NCBI RefSeq assembly: GCF_009914755.1
Contig: NC_060927.1
Origin: the human T2T-CHM13v2.0 reference genome, Homo sapiens
Length of the DNA stretch: 64,000 bases
Strand: one strand, 5' to 3'
A program made the position numbers and the translations under genes. The notes below the pieces were generated by a model that saw only the letters and a program-made list of their open reading frames with translations, made no database searches and was not told where the DNA came from. Every line of letters starts with the position of its first letter. Positions within the stretch are counted from its first letter, which is position 1. Below, in pieces: positions 39,771 to 54,098 of the stretch.

Positions 39771-40649
39771 TAAGTCATTTCTTTGTTCTCTTAACACTTC
39801 TTGAGTGAACCATTCTGTTTTTATGTAAACCTAACTTGTATTCCATGGAATGCATAGATTGCATTTTACTTATCTGTTAGCCTAGCTGGACATTCAATTT
39901 GCTTTCTTTCCTTGCTGCCGTAACAAATAAACATCAACTCCATATAAGTCTGTTAAAGATTTTTTGGTTTATAGACATATCTAGGCACCAGGATTTGCAT
40001 ATTTAATGTCACTTATAGTTTGCTGCCTCATTTTCCAATTCCCCATGTCCTTGGCAAAGCATGGCATTATTTGGTGTGCTAATATATGTTATTTGATGGA
40101 TGTGGAGTGGTATTTCATTGTTTTTTGAATTTGCACTTCTCTAATAAGTGTGATGTTGCTTATATCTTAATGTCATTATTCATCATAGACATAGGTAGCT
40201 CATTCTCTAAATTGCCTAATCATGGTATTGCCCATTTTTCCTAGGTTTCCTGCCATTTCTTACAGATTTGTAATTCCCTATATGATTTAGATGTTAGTTT
40301 CCTTTATCTGCTTTACATTTTGTAAGTAACTTGTCTTAGTTTTTCATCTTCTGATAATTTTTCCTGTGTTCTCTTTCATTGAATATAATTTTTGTTTGGA
40401 TGTAAATCAGTTCATCATCTTTGCTCTTTATGTTTTAAGCTCTTTTAGTCTTGTTCAATAAATTCTTCTCCACATAAAAACTAGAGATACTCATAAACAT
40501 CACCTTCTATTCTTTTCATATTTTTACTATTCTTGTTTAGAAGTTATTTCAATTAGAAGCTTTTTGCATATTATGTGAGGTAGGGATCCAGCTTTATTTT
40601 TTTCCATATACTGCAACAGTTCTCCCAACATCATCTATAGAATTTTTTT

Positions 40650-41707
<1,058 letters not shown>

Positions 41708-41710
<3 letters not shown>

Positions 41711-43665
41711 CTCCTTCTGAACTACAGGGACTTCTCCCTCACTCATTTCATGAGGCCAGCATCATCCTGATACCAAAACCTGGCAGAGACACAACAACAA
41801 AAAAAAATTTCAGGCCAATATCCCTGATAAACATTGATGCGAAAATCCTCAATAAAATACTGGCAAACCGAATCCAGCAGCACATCAAAAAGAATATCCA
41901 CCATGATCACGTTGCTTTCATCCATAGGATGCAAGGCTGATTCAACATAGGCATATCAATATACGTAATCCATCACATAAACAGAACCAATGGCAAAAAC
42001 CACACGATTATCTCAATAGATGCAGAAAAGGCCTTTGATAAAATTTAACACCGCTTCATGCTAAAAACTCTCAATAAACTAGGTATTGATGGAACGTATC
42101 TCAAAATTATAAGAGCTATTTATGAAAAACCCACAGCCAATATCATATTGAATGGGCAAGAGCTGGAAGCATTCCCTTTGAAAAACAGATCAAGACAACG
42201 ATGCCCTCTCTCACCACTCCTATTCAACATAGTATTGGAAGTTCTGGCAGGGCAATCAGGCAAGAGAAAGAAACAAAGGGCATTCAAATAGGAAGAGAGG
42301 AAGTCAAATGGTCTCTGTTTGAAGATGACATGATTGTATATTTGGAAAACCCCATCGTCTCATCCCAAAATCTCCTTAAGCTGATAAGCAACTTCAGCAA
42401 CATCTCAGGATAAAAATCAACGTCTCAGGATACAAAATCAATGTGCAAAAATCACAAGCATTCCTATTCACCAAACAGAGAGCCAAATCATGAGTGAACT
42501 CCCATTCACAATTGCCACAAAGAGAATAAAATACCTAGAAATACAACTTACAAGGGATGTGAAGGACCTCTTCAAGGACAACTACAAAGCACTGCTCAAG
42601 GAAATAAGAGAGGACACAAACAAATGGAAAAACATTCCATGTTCATGGATAGGAAGAATCAATATAGTTAAAATGGCCATACTGCCCAAAGGAATTTATA
42701 GATTCAATGCTATCCCCATCGAGCTACCATTGACTTTCTTCACAGAATTAGAAAAAAACTGCTTTAAAGTTCATATGGAACCAAAAAATAGCCCATATAG
42801 CCAAGACAATCCTAAGCAAAAAGAACAAAGCTGGAGGCATCAAGCTACCTGACTTCAAACTATACTACAAGGCTACAGTAACCAAAACAGCATGGTACTG
42901 GTACCAAAACAGATAAATAGAACAATGGAAAAGAACAGAGGCCTCAGAAATAATGCCACACATCTACAACCATCTGATCTTTGACAAACCTGAGAAAAAC
43001 AAGCAATGGGGAAAGAATTCCCTATTTAATAAACAGTGTTGGGAAAACTGGCTAGCCATATGCAGAAAGCTGAAACTGGATCCCTTCCTTACACCTTATA
43101 CAAAAGTTAACTCAAGATGGATTAAAGACTTAAACATCAGACCTTAAACCATAAAAACCCTAGAAGAAAACCTAGACAATACCATTCAGGACATAGGCAT
43201 GGGCAAAGACTTCATGACTAAAACACCAAAAGCAATGGCAACAAAATCCAAAATTGACAAATGGGATCTAAATAAACTAAAGAACTTCTGCACAGCAAAA
43301 AAACTGTCGTCAGAGTGAACAGGTAACCTGCAGAATGGGAGAAAATTTTTATCTATCTATCTATCTGACAAAGAGCTATTATCCAGAATCTACAAGGAAC
43401 TTAAACGAATTTACATGAAAAAAACAAACAACCCCATCAAAAAGTGGGAGTTGAACAATGAGAACACATGGACACAGGGAGGGGATCATTGCACACTGGG
43501 ACCTGTCGAGGTTGGGTGGCTAGGGGAGGGATAGCATTAGGAGAAATACCTAATGTAGGTGACAGGTTGATGGGTGCAGCAAACCATCATGGCATGTGTA
43601 TACCTATGTAAAAAACCTGCACGTTCTGCACATGTACCCCAGAACTTGAAGTATTAAAAAAAAAA
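41708..43665 (+). mobile_element. L1PA (L1PA6-8-like) ORF2 RT to 3' end with poly(A), internal deletion at ~43445
   Basis: '[46 protein letters not shown]', '[13 protein letters not shown]', 3' UTR and A-tail at 43656-43665; multiple stops and frameshifts. Confidence 0.95.
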
Positions 43666-43843
43666 TCATGTATTTTTTTCTCCAGTGATTTGTGAAGCTA
43701 TTTTTAACACACATCTATGATACTGTAATATGTTTTAATGTTTAAATTTAATTAATTTAATAATGTTACGTATTTAATATTGTAAGGTAATTTCCCCTCT
43801 TTGCTCCTTTTTTTTTCTTTCTTAGCTATTTCTGGACCTCTAG

Positions 43844-44182
<339 letters not shown>

Positions 44183-45544
44183 TAAGATTACCCTAAAATT
44201 TTTGCTGGTATTTTAATTAAATTTATATCCATAAATTAATTGATATATTAATTTAAGAATTATTAACACCTTTACAACATCATCTTATCCATATACTAAT
44301 GCTATCACTTCATTTATTCAGGTATCTTTTATATTCTTTAGTAGGATCTTATACTTTCTCCATAATGGTCCTATGGATTCTTTGTTAAGGTAATTTCTAT
44401 GTAGATAGTTTATATTCATAGCCTTTGGATAATATCATATTTTCTATCTGATTTTTGCTAATATAAAAATACTAAGTTAATTTAAACTTGCTAAACATTC
44501 ATATTAGTTTTTATAGTTTATTCATGAATTCTTTTTTATGTTTGATGTAAATAATTATGTCATTTTCAAATAATAACAATTCTGTCTCTTCCCTTCTAAT
44601 TCTTATTCTTTATTTATTTTCTTATAGCATAGAAAGGATACTATGTACTGTACCAAATAGTAGTAAAGATTGTGGCCATCCTTGTTTTGTGTCTGACCTT
44701 AAAGTATCTCCATTAAGTACGATGTTTGCTCTAGCCTTTTGATATGTAGCTTCTATAAAGTTAAACAAGGCCTGGCCCTCAAGGAAATTTTTAGAAACCA
44801 TAAATCTTCATCAAGTGTTTTTGATATTCTTTAACTAAAGTAACAATTGATATAATTAAATAATTTTTTCTCTATTAATGAATTGAATTACATTAATATA
44901 TTATTAATATCAAATTGTCTTTATGTTTTTAAGATTGAATCATGCTTAATTATAATTTTCATAAAATATACTGTAAAATTTGGCTAGCTGAGATTTTACT
45001 TGCAACATCTGCACCAATAACCATCATTGAAATTGGCCTATAATTTTCATATGTGTGCTGAGTTTATGTGTCCCTCATCTCAGTATTACACTGGCCTCAT
45101 GAAATGAGTTAGAAAATCTTCCCTTTTTTTACTACTTTCTGAAAACTCTTTCATAAGATGAAAACTACCATTTCTTGCAAGTTTGAGTCAGATCATCTGT
45201 GTAATGGGCTGAACCTAGAAGCTTTAGGTTATAGATCTAGCTAAGTCTCTTCTTGCACCAATTTTAGCACTTTTCACAGTTCCAGAAATTTGTCCATTTT
45301 ATTCAAACTTATTGGCATGCAGTGTTTTACATGATTATTCTTATTATATTATAAACTTATTTTATATCTGTGACTATTTCCCTTATTTCATTCTGGGTTT
45401 TATGTATTTTCATTTATTTTTAAAAATTAGCCTTGCCATAAGTTGATTCTTCTTGTTTGTCTTTTCAACGAAGGAGATTTTGGTTTCATTTATGCATATT
45501 TATAAATACTTTAAACTGAAGGGTAGTAAAAGCATCTCATGTCA

Positions 45545-45750
45545 ACATATGAGGGACATAGATAAAATAATATTTACAGGAAAATTTACAGCTTTGAATA
45601 CATTTATCACAAAACAAAGATGACCAAAAATTTGAGCTGAACATTCAACTCAAAGGATAAATAGAGCAAACCCAAAGAAATGTGGAAGAAAATAATAAAA
45701 TTAATGGCAAAAATGAATGAGATCGAAAACCACAACAAAAATTGGTCAAA
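45545..45750 (+). mobile_element. Diverged L1 ORF2 fragment in sense orientation (likely inverted 5' piece of the L1ME)
   Basis: 'aggaaaatttacagctttgaatacattta...cattcaactcaaag...aaacccaaagaaa...aatgagatcgaaaac'. Confidence 0.65.
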
Positions 45751-46019
45751 ACTGACAATTTATACTTTTCAAAGAACTTTTACATACATGTTATCTCTTG
45801 AGGCATAGCCTTGAATTATATTCCAATACTTAGACTTTTTTTAAAAAAGATGGGATTTTTATGTGTTTGCTTTTGGTTTTTGTTTTTTAAGTGTAGAGAG
45901 TTTTTGGTAAGGAAAACACAAGAGGCGAGGACATTTTGAGGTGAAGACATTTTGACTAGCAAAACGTAAGGTGGAGCTGTATTGTTCTTATTGAAAAATG
46001 GTATCACATACTTGTTTAA

Positions 46020-46281
46020 GGGAGTAAGCTCTACGGTCAGCCTGAATAGGTTCAAGTTTTGGCTCCTCTGCTTATTTGCTGTGTTATCTCAGGCTGTCTA
46101 AGCCTCAGTTTTCTCATTTGTAACATGGAGATTATAGTGGTTTCTACCTCAGAGAGCAGTCATGAGAATTAAATGAGATCAAATAAGGTTAGTGGTTTCT
46201 ACCTCAGAGAGCAGTCATGAGAATTAAATGAGATCAAATAAGGTATATAACATGCTTAGTGTAAAGTTCAGTAAATATTAG

Positions 46282-46282
<1 letters not shown>
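46020..46282 (+). mobile_element. MIR containing a perfect 55-bp tandem duplication
   Basis: 'aagcctcagttttctcatttgtaacatggag'; 46135-46189 identical to 46190-46244. Confidence 0.88.
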
Positions 46283-46335
<53 letters not shown>

Positions 46336-46349
46336 ATCTCTATTTCTCT
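46282..46349. repeat. (CT)n microsatellite
   Basis: About 20 TC units followed by TCTA variants. Confidence 0.97.
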
Positions 46350-47682
46350 GGGACTTAGTGAAATGAATTACATTTAAATACACCTTTCCATGTCCAAGAA
46401 AAGAAAATCTTGCACAAACTAGGAATGGTACTTCAGTATTAATTTTAATTCTCTCAAAAATGTAAGATAATTATTGTATTATGTGTTAGTAAGAGTTTAC
46501 CCAAATTCAGATTTAAAGTAGTATAAGGCAGTTTCAAATCACAGGTGAAAAATTTAGTGACAAAAAGCTGATGTAGAATGATCTCTGGGTTCTACCTATA
46601 AGAAGTAGATAAAGGAATTGGAAATAAAACATCACAGCTGTAGCCCAGATGGAGTGCTGAGAAATGAAAAGAGAAAGCTTTTAGGGTAACTGGTAAGAAT
46701 TAAACACCCACAAGGACAGTAAAGATCCCCCCTTGGTTGATTTGCCTTTGAGCTTTCCCAATCTTTTCTAAAGAATATTCTCCAAAAACGACAAAACAAA
46801 ACGGAGAGAAAATGCAAGGAAAGAGTTAGCCCTGTAGAAAGGGCGACAGTGCTGTGGTTTACTGGTCTGAAGAGTGAGGTTTTCAGAGGCCAGGAACGCC
46901 CAGGTCCTGGGCTCTGGGCAGCACCAGCAGAGAAGGCCCTACCTGCCACACTTCTAAGCAGACAAATTGGTCTTCTGAGGATTTCCCCAAAGCCTGATGC
47001 ATGAAAGTTATTCATATAAAAGTAGGAGCTTCCCAGACTTCCTGAATTCACAACCTCTCATCAGAATTTACTTTTATCACAGGGAAAACAAGAGATCTGT
47101 ATCACAGTAACTATCAGCCTTCTTTTACCGGGGATGGAACAGCAATGAAACCAAGTGGGACTCATGTATTCTCCATAAAGGAGGCCCACAAAAGGCCTTT
47201 TCTCCTTTAGTAAAAGGAAATATTATTTCCTTTTTGAAAGTGGCAACAATTGTCTCATAACCAGACATGTAATTAAGACGTAAACATGATAGAAAACAGG
47301 CTTACCTATCAATATGACCTAGGAAGTACTGAGTGGGACCTCAATTATATTACATTAATGTAAATGAAAATGTATATTTAATTTCTTCTGAGATATCTTC
47401 ACAGTCTAGTAAATGCAAATAGAATTATTTCTGACAACTGAAATAATTCCCAAATAAGTCCCAAAACGATTCTCCAGGAACAGGCAAGCTTTCTTTCACT
47501 AGCTAGCAGGCATTCATGCTAACAAACACTGAATTCAAATGATATTCCTATAAAGTAGAAATTATCACCTGAGAATTCTTCTTGAATAATGATATTATAG
47601 CATATGTCAGAAATGTGTTAATCAGTGTAATAGCAAAGGTAACAGGGTGTTCTTGCAACCAGCTAAAGAAATGCTGTGCTCA

Positions 47683-47980
47683 GGCTGGGTGCGGTGGCTC
47701 ACGTTCATAATCCCAGAACTTTGGGAGGCTGAGGCAGGCAGATCACCTGAGGTCAGGAGTTTGAGACCAGTCTGGACAACAAGGTGAAACCCCGTCTCTA
47801 CTGAAAATACAAAAATTAGCCGGGTGTGGCGGTGGGTGCCTGTAATCCCAGCTACTCAGGAGGCTGAGGCAGGAGAATCGCTTGAACCGGGAGATGGAGG
47901 TTGCAGTGAGCCGAGATCGCGCCACTGCCCTACAGTCTTATCAACAAAACGAGACTCTGTCTCAAAAAAATAAATAAATA
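47683..47980 (+). mobile_element. Alu (AluSx-like)
   Basis: Full dimer; TSD aagaaatgctgtgctca / aaggaatgctgtactca. Confidence 0.95.
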
Positions 47981-48177
47981 AAGGAATGCTGTACTCATTT
48001 TGACCTATATCCTAAGTCTCACCTGTGAAGTTTAAACAGCACATATTACCACGATTAAAACATGTGTTTGTTGGGGCGGGGTAGGGGGGTGGTAAAGGAG
48101 ACAAGTAGGAGCAGCTGAAGTTAAAAAAAGAAAAAATTCACTCAGTCAAACCCAAATGCAGGGTGTGACCTTCAGGG

Positions 48178-48385
48178 TTTTTATTGATTGAGCACCTACT
48201 ATGCTGGCCCTCCGCCACTTGCCTGCTAGATGCTCTCTGTCTCTCAGTACCTCAGTTGTTATTACATTCCTGCAAAATGAGGGAAATAGGGTTCCCAGGT
48301 TGTCTAAATCTACACAGCTAGTAAGTAGCAGAGGCAATATTAAACCTCAATCTGACTCCAGAACCCATATGTTTTCCCTGCTGCT
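48178..48385 (-). mobile_element. MIR
   Basis: 'attgagcacctactatgctgg...cacagctagtaagtagcagagg...tctgactccagaaccc'. Confidence 0.75.
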
Positions 48386-48559
48386 ATGATCCCCACAAAA
48401 GAGGTCCTGCACCACACAGGATAGCTCTGAGTTCATTTCTTCAGGCTGCTGGTGTTCTCTCCTAATTGTTTTGAATTCTTTGAAAGATATCTCAAGGTTC
48501 TCTTTCATTGCTGATTCTTAGTCACTCCAGCCTGGAGTTGAGAGCTCTTGCTCTCAGCA

Positions 48560-48745
48560 TAAGGCTCAGCCTTTGAAGCTGGACTGACCTGGGAACAAAC
48601 TCCACCTCTAAACCTATGTGACCTTGTTCAAGCTATGCCATCTCTCTAAATCTTGGGTTTTCACCTGTAAAATAAGGATAGTTACACCTACCTCAAACGA
48701 GACCCTTTCAAAATGAGGTGATGTTACATAGCAAGCTTACCATCA
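48560..48745 (+). mobile_element. MIR
   Basis: 'tatgtgaccttgttcaag...tttcacctgtaaaataaggatag...cctacctca'. Confidence 0.7.
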
Positions 48746-48823
48746 ATGGATAAAAGCTATCCTCATGTCTGTGGTCTGTAATCAGTTATGGTTTTGCTCT
48801 ATAATGAGTGTTTTGTACCACAC

Positions 48824-49226
48824 TGTCTTAGCCTGTTTTCTATTGCTATAACAGAATACCTGAAACTGGATAACTTATAATGAAAAGAAGTTTATTTGGC
48901 TGATGGTTCTAGAGGCTGGGAAGTTCAAGACCTGGAGGCTACATCTGGTGAGGGCCTCATGCTGTGTCATAACATGGCAGATGGCATCACATGGAAGGAG
49001 CATGTTCAAAAGAGAACAAACACAAGAGGCAGCCTCACTTTATAATAACCCACTTTCATGGTAACTAATCCAGTGCCACAAAAACTAACTCAATCCCACA
49101 CAAAGAAAGCAATGCATCCTAATGACCTAATTGCTTCTTAAATGAACCACCTCCCAACACTGCCACATTGGGAATCAAGTGTCAACACAAGTTTTCATGG
49201 GGACAAACCATCTTTTAACCATGGCA
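48824..49226 (-). mobile_element. MSTB/MSTD-like MaLR solo LTR
   Basis: 'tgtcttagcctgttttctattgctataacagaatacctgaaactgg...ggttctagaggctgggaagttcaaga...aaccatggca'. Confidence 0.88.
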
Positions 49227-51774
49227 CTTACTCCCTCAAGTATCTGACTTTGATCCAGTCCTATTTTGCCATTACTTCTGTCTTGGTATTGGCACTTTAG
49301 AATCCCATCCAGCTTAAATGCATGGAATGAGTCCAGGGAAGAGAAATAAGGAAAGGAAGTGATGACAAAGACATAGATGATGAGAGGGAAGAGACAGCCA
49401 TCATTGGCTCTGAAACTTAAGATCTTGTCAAAATAATGCCATTTTTTTCATACCAGTTGTCAAACTTCCAAAGTATGCACTTTAAGAAACAGGTATCCCT
49501 CATAATAACAAGTCCAGTAAGCTGCTAGTGTTTTCATCATTGAGAAATTGAAGTCAAAACCATCTGTTCATGAAAGTTAAATGAATCTTCATTATTTAAT
49601 CAAGATAAGGTTATCTCTTCTTAGTAGTACTTCCTCCCTTTTCTCTAGCACCCACATTTTACGCTGTCAGGAAAGCTCATGGTACTAATTACTCCAAGAA
49701 GCTTTTTCTTACCCCTGCACTGATCCCTCTCTTCCTTTACTTTTTCTTTCCTCTGAACTAAGATATCTGTGTCACACTCTCCTGTGTCACTATAAAAGAT
49801 GAATTTTTTCTGATTAATTAATGTGGGGATGGTTGCCTTCCAATCTAGACAGAATGCATGCCAGCCAATGAACAGAAAGCCCAGAGGGCCATGCCTTCTG
49901 CTTTCTTTACTTCATCCAGACTCCTCTAGCTAGTACCATATCATGACTATAATATATTACTCAGTAAATGATGCTCAAAATAATAATACACATGAAGGAC
50001 TGCTCAGATTATTACATCAAAAGCCTACAGAATGCTCAGAATGTTATCTTCCTGAATTAGGATAATCTCATTAAGTCTGGCATGCACAGTGCTGAGTGAA
50101 CATGAATGACATACTTGAGAGACAGCTCCCACCCCATCAGATTATTAAGAATACCAGGTTATCTCTTCAGGCAAATGCCTGAGCTTGGGCCTCAACAGAA
50201 AGCCAATAGTAAAGTGAACGGGCTCTCAGAAGATGCACATTTCCTTCTGGCCTCTACTCTGGCTAAAGGAGCTTTCGCAAAGCAATCGGCTAAGGATATT
50301 TTCAACATTTCAAATAGCAAAGTCAGCTCATGCATGAAGCAGTCACTATGGAATTCTATGCATGTCTCCAGAATGGAGGCCAGATCCGATATGACAACTG
50401 CCAGGTGAAAATCACAGAAGCATTATATTATGCAATTTGATTTCAAGCCAGAATGTTCTGCATCCTCAGGTTTCCAGCCAGACAAAACATTTGTGAAGAA
50501 CAAATCCACACTTAGACATAGAAGCCCCTCATATTTAAACTTTTGTATTAATATTGTGAAGCTGGAGAGTTAAAGCCTTCAACAAGTTCTTTAAAACCAT
50601 AATTTTAAAAGTTCAATTTTCTCCAGATAGTGATATTAGTCAACTTTGATGTCAATTTCATAGAATCTTAAAATGTTGGTGTTAGAATATCCATGATATA
50701 TTTTCTGGTACAATTACCTCTGTTTACAGATAAAGAAATAAAAACTTAGAAGGGTACATGATTATCTCAAGTTCACTCAGCTAACATCAAAGCCAAGACA
50801 TGGCCCCAGATTTGGTCAATTTCTGCACTGTACAGCTTGGCTTCTGTGCAGCCTCTGATATATAATGCAAGCCACATGGGCTTCATGAGCAAGCTACTTA
50901 ACATCTCTTAAAATAAAATGAATAACTCCTATTTCATATGAAAGTTATGTTAATTAAATGAGATAGTGTGTGTAGCACATGGCCCATTATAGTTCCTTAT
51001 AAATGGTAGCTTTTGCTATGATCATTATCATTACTATTATTATTATTATTATCCAATCTGCAGTCTAAGCCCCACACAGTTTCCCACCTAATCACAGACA
51101 TCCTGGCTTTGTTTTTAAGAGACCACTTTCCATCAGCAAATGGAAAATGGTGTTGAAGTTGGAGTTTTCACAATAGGCTGACTTCCCAATAGGCCTAAGA
51201 TGAGCCCTGAGTGCTAGTCTCTATATCAAGCGTCAGCCATTCCTTCTATCCTGCAGCATGAGAGCCTCATAGCCAAGCAAAAGGAGCATAAATTTTGAAT
51301 CACACAGTCCTGTATCTGAATCCATTTCTGCTACTTATTACTTGATTGCCCTTTGATTAATTACTTAATTTTATTGAGCAACAGTTGTCTCATCTCTTAG
51401 TATTTACATTGCAGAGTTTGCAGAGGATATTAAATAAGAAAACGTATGCAAAATACCAATTACAGCACCAGACAATGGTAGGCATTCAACTGAAAATAGT
51501 CATTATTTTTATTATTACGAATATTCCCTATCTGTGTGATAAGGCTTTTGTCTCAGATTCTGAGATATTACCATCAGGACTAGAACTCTGCCATGAAGCC
51601 CAACCCACTTGGCTGGGACTGAGTTCTCACTGGGGCCCCTTCCCAAGAAGGACCACCTGGAACCAGGAAACAACTACCCACTTGACCCTGAGCATCACAA
51701 TAACTTAGAAATTCCAGCCATGTCTCTCAGAGCTGACAAGACCCTCTTTGCTTAGCCCATGCCCTGGTAACAGT

Positions 51775-51990
51775 TATTTTATTATCTACTCTGTGGCAGG
51801 TTATATGTTAAATATCTTTCATACATAATCACTAATCTTCCAAGGGAATCCAAGAGTTGGTTTGGTGAATGTTATTTTACAGTTGAGCAAACTAAGACTC
51901 GGAGAGGTTAAAATGACTTGCTCAGGGTCACAGAGCTGGTAAAGGGCAGGGTCAAGACTTCAAATCCTGCACACTTGTCACCAGGTCCTA
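51775..51990 (-). mobile_element. MIR
   Basis: 'attttacagttgagcaaactaagactcggagaggttaaaatgacttgctcagggtcacagagctggtaa'. Confidence 0.8.
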
Positions 51991-52184
51991 TTGCTTCATA
52001 TACACAGGGCCTGACACTGACAGTTATTCCCAGCATTTTCTTCCTACATGGTGATCTAGTGGGATCCAATAAAATAACCTGATTCTTCAGACAGATCCTT
52101 CTATGTCCCTCTAGCAGCATTATATTGCCCCTTCATGATGTTACAAACCTTCAGTGTTTTTTATATATACACATACATATATAT

Positions 52185-52637
52185 ATATTATTATTATATT
52201 TTAAGTTCTGGGATACATGCGCAGAACGTGCAGATTTGTTACATAGGTATACACGTGTCATGGTGGTTTGCTGCACCCATCAACCCGTCATCTACATTAG
52301 GTATTTCTCCTAATGCTGTCCCTCCCCTAGCCCCCCACCCTCCGACAGGCCCCAGTGTGTGATGTTCCCCTCCCTGTGTCCATGTGTTCTCATTGTTCAG
52401 CACCCACTTATGAGTGAGAACATGCAGTGTCTGGTTTTCTGTTCCTGTGTTAGTTTGTTGAGCATGATGGTTTCCAGCTTTATCCATGTTCCTGCAAAGG
52501 ACATGAACTCTTCCTTTTTTATGGCTGCATAGTATTTCATGGTGTACATGTGCCACATTTTCTTTATCTAGTCTACATTGATGGGCATCTTGGTTGGTTC
52601 TAAGTCTTTGCTATTGTGAATAGTGCTGCAATAAACA
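52185..52637 (-). mobile_element. L1PA (L1PA7-like) 3' end, 5'-truncated
   Basis: 'tttaagttctgggatacatgcgcagaacgtgcag...ctacattaggtatttctcctaatgc...gtgctgcaataaacat'; tail decayed into TA-rich run. Confidence 0.94.
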
Positions 52638-52837
52638 TTTTTTTTAATAAAGAGACAGACACTAAACAGCTTTGTGAGCTATACAGTCTCTCTTGCGGTC
52701 ACTCTACTCTGCCACTGTAGTGCACAGATATAGACAGTAGATAAACAAATGATCCTGGCTGTGTTCCAGTAAAACTTTTTTGCAAAGCCAGGCAGTTGGC
52801 TGAATTTGACCCATGGGCTACAGTTTACCAACCCCTG
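52638..52837 (+). mobile_element. MER58A-like hAT-Charlie MITE
   Basis: 'ctctgccactgtagtgc...ggctgtgttccagtaaaact...gggctacagtttaccaacccctg'. Confidence 0.8.
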
Positions 52838-52844
52838 ATCATTA

Positions 52845-53012
52845 TGCTTGCTACTCAAAGTGTGGTCCATGCACCAGCAGCATTAGAATTACTTGGAAGC
52901 TTGCCGGAAATGCAGAATCTTGGATCCCGCCCCAAATCTACTGAATCAGAATCAGACTTTTAACAAGATTCTCCAGAAGAGTCATACACACATTGAAGTG
53001 TGAGAAGCTCTG
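52845..53012. mobile_element. MER5A hAT-Charlie MITE
   Basis: 'ctcaaagtgtggtccatgcaccagcagcatt...gaaatgcagaatct...ctactgaatcagaatc...tttaacaagat...aagtgtgagaagctctg'. Confidence 0.88.
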
Positions 53013-54098
53013 CTCTACATGTCTTTAATTCATTGAATGCCTCTTATAGTCCAAGCATTCTTACAGGGACAATACACACTACTAGATCTATAGTCCTCAC
53101 AACAGGATAAGGTGGCTGTTATTATCCCATTTTACAGATGAGGAAACAAAAGCTCAGAGAAATTAGATGAATCAAGGAGACAATAGATGGCATTGAAATT
53201 TAACTAGAAATTAAACAATCTGCTATGATATTCATCTCAGAAATGGTATGACTAAGGCCACACAGAATATTCCATAGGTACTAACTCTAGATGTGAATAA
53301 ATATTGTTTTCACAATTATAAGCACAGGTGTTTATATGCTAAAGTATTGAAATTATCGCATAGCCACAGAAATAAATTTTTATTCTCAAAGATAATCCTA
53401 AAAGTAGAATACCCTTTGCTAAACTGTTTTCTTTGCAATTTCTCTTCACAAGTTCTCATTTACTCAGCTTTATCCAACATCAAAAACTATTCAAGGAGCC
53501 ATGTCATTACTTGGGCAATATTTATATAAATTTTATAGTCTTTTTCTAATGCCTCAAAAAAGTTTTGAAAAACGATTTGAGGTAGCTTAGAGACACATAA
53601 AATGCAAGATAAATATGATGTAAACAATGATACAGATCATTTTGGGTTATAAAATATGACCAAGGATGAAGACTATATACAAAATTCACACCATTATGGT
53701 CTTATACCTTTTCTGTGGTATAAAAAGGACAAGAGCTTGTATCATCTATTACATGGTGCAAAGAGCCCAGGCTTAGAAAACATTTGCTTGTCAAGGATAT
53801 CATTTAATTTCCACTTGTTCAAATATAAATTGTGGATAATAATATCTCACAGAGGAAGTGTGAGTATGAAATAACAAATATGAAAAAATTACACTATTTC
53901 ACTACTAATTTAATGATTTTTAATTATAATAATTCCTGATATAAAATATAATTATAACTAATATTTATTCATTACTTATGCTAAGATCTCTAAATGGATT
54001 ATCTCACTGTCTTCACAGCAACCCCAAATTACTAAAATTATCCCCATTTGCACGTGATAAAACAGGCCTAAGAGAAGTTCAGTAATTGGGTCATCCAA

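Noticed and set aside
46632-47051. 139-aa minus-strand ORF
   Set aside because: Non-ATG start, no recognisable homology or convincing splice signals
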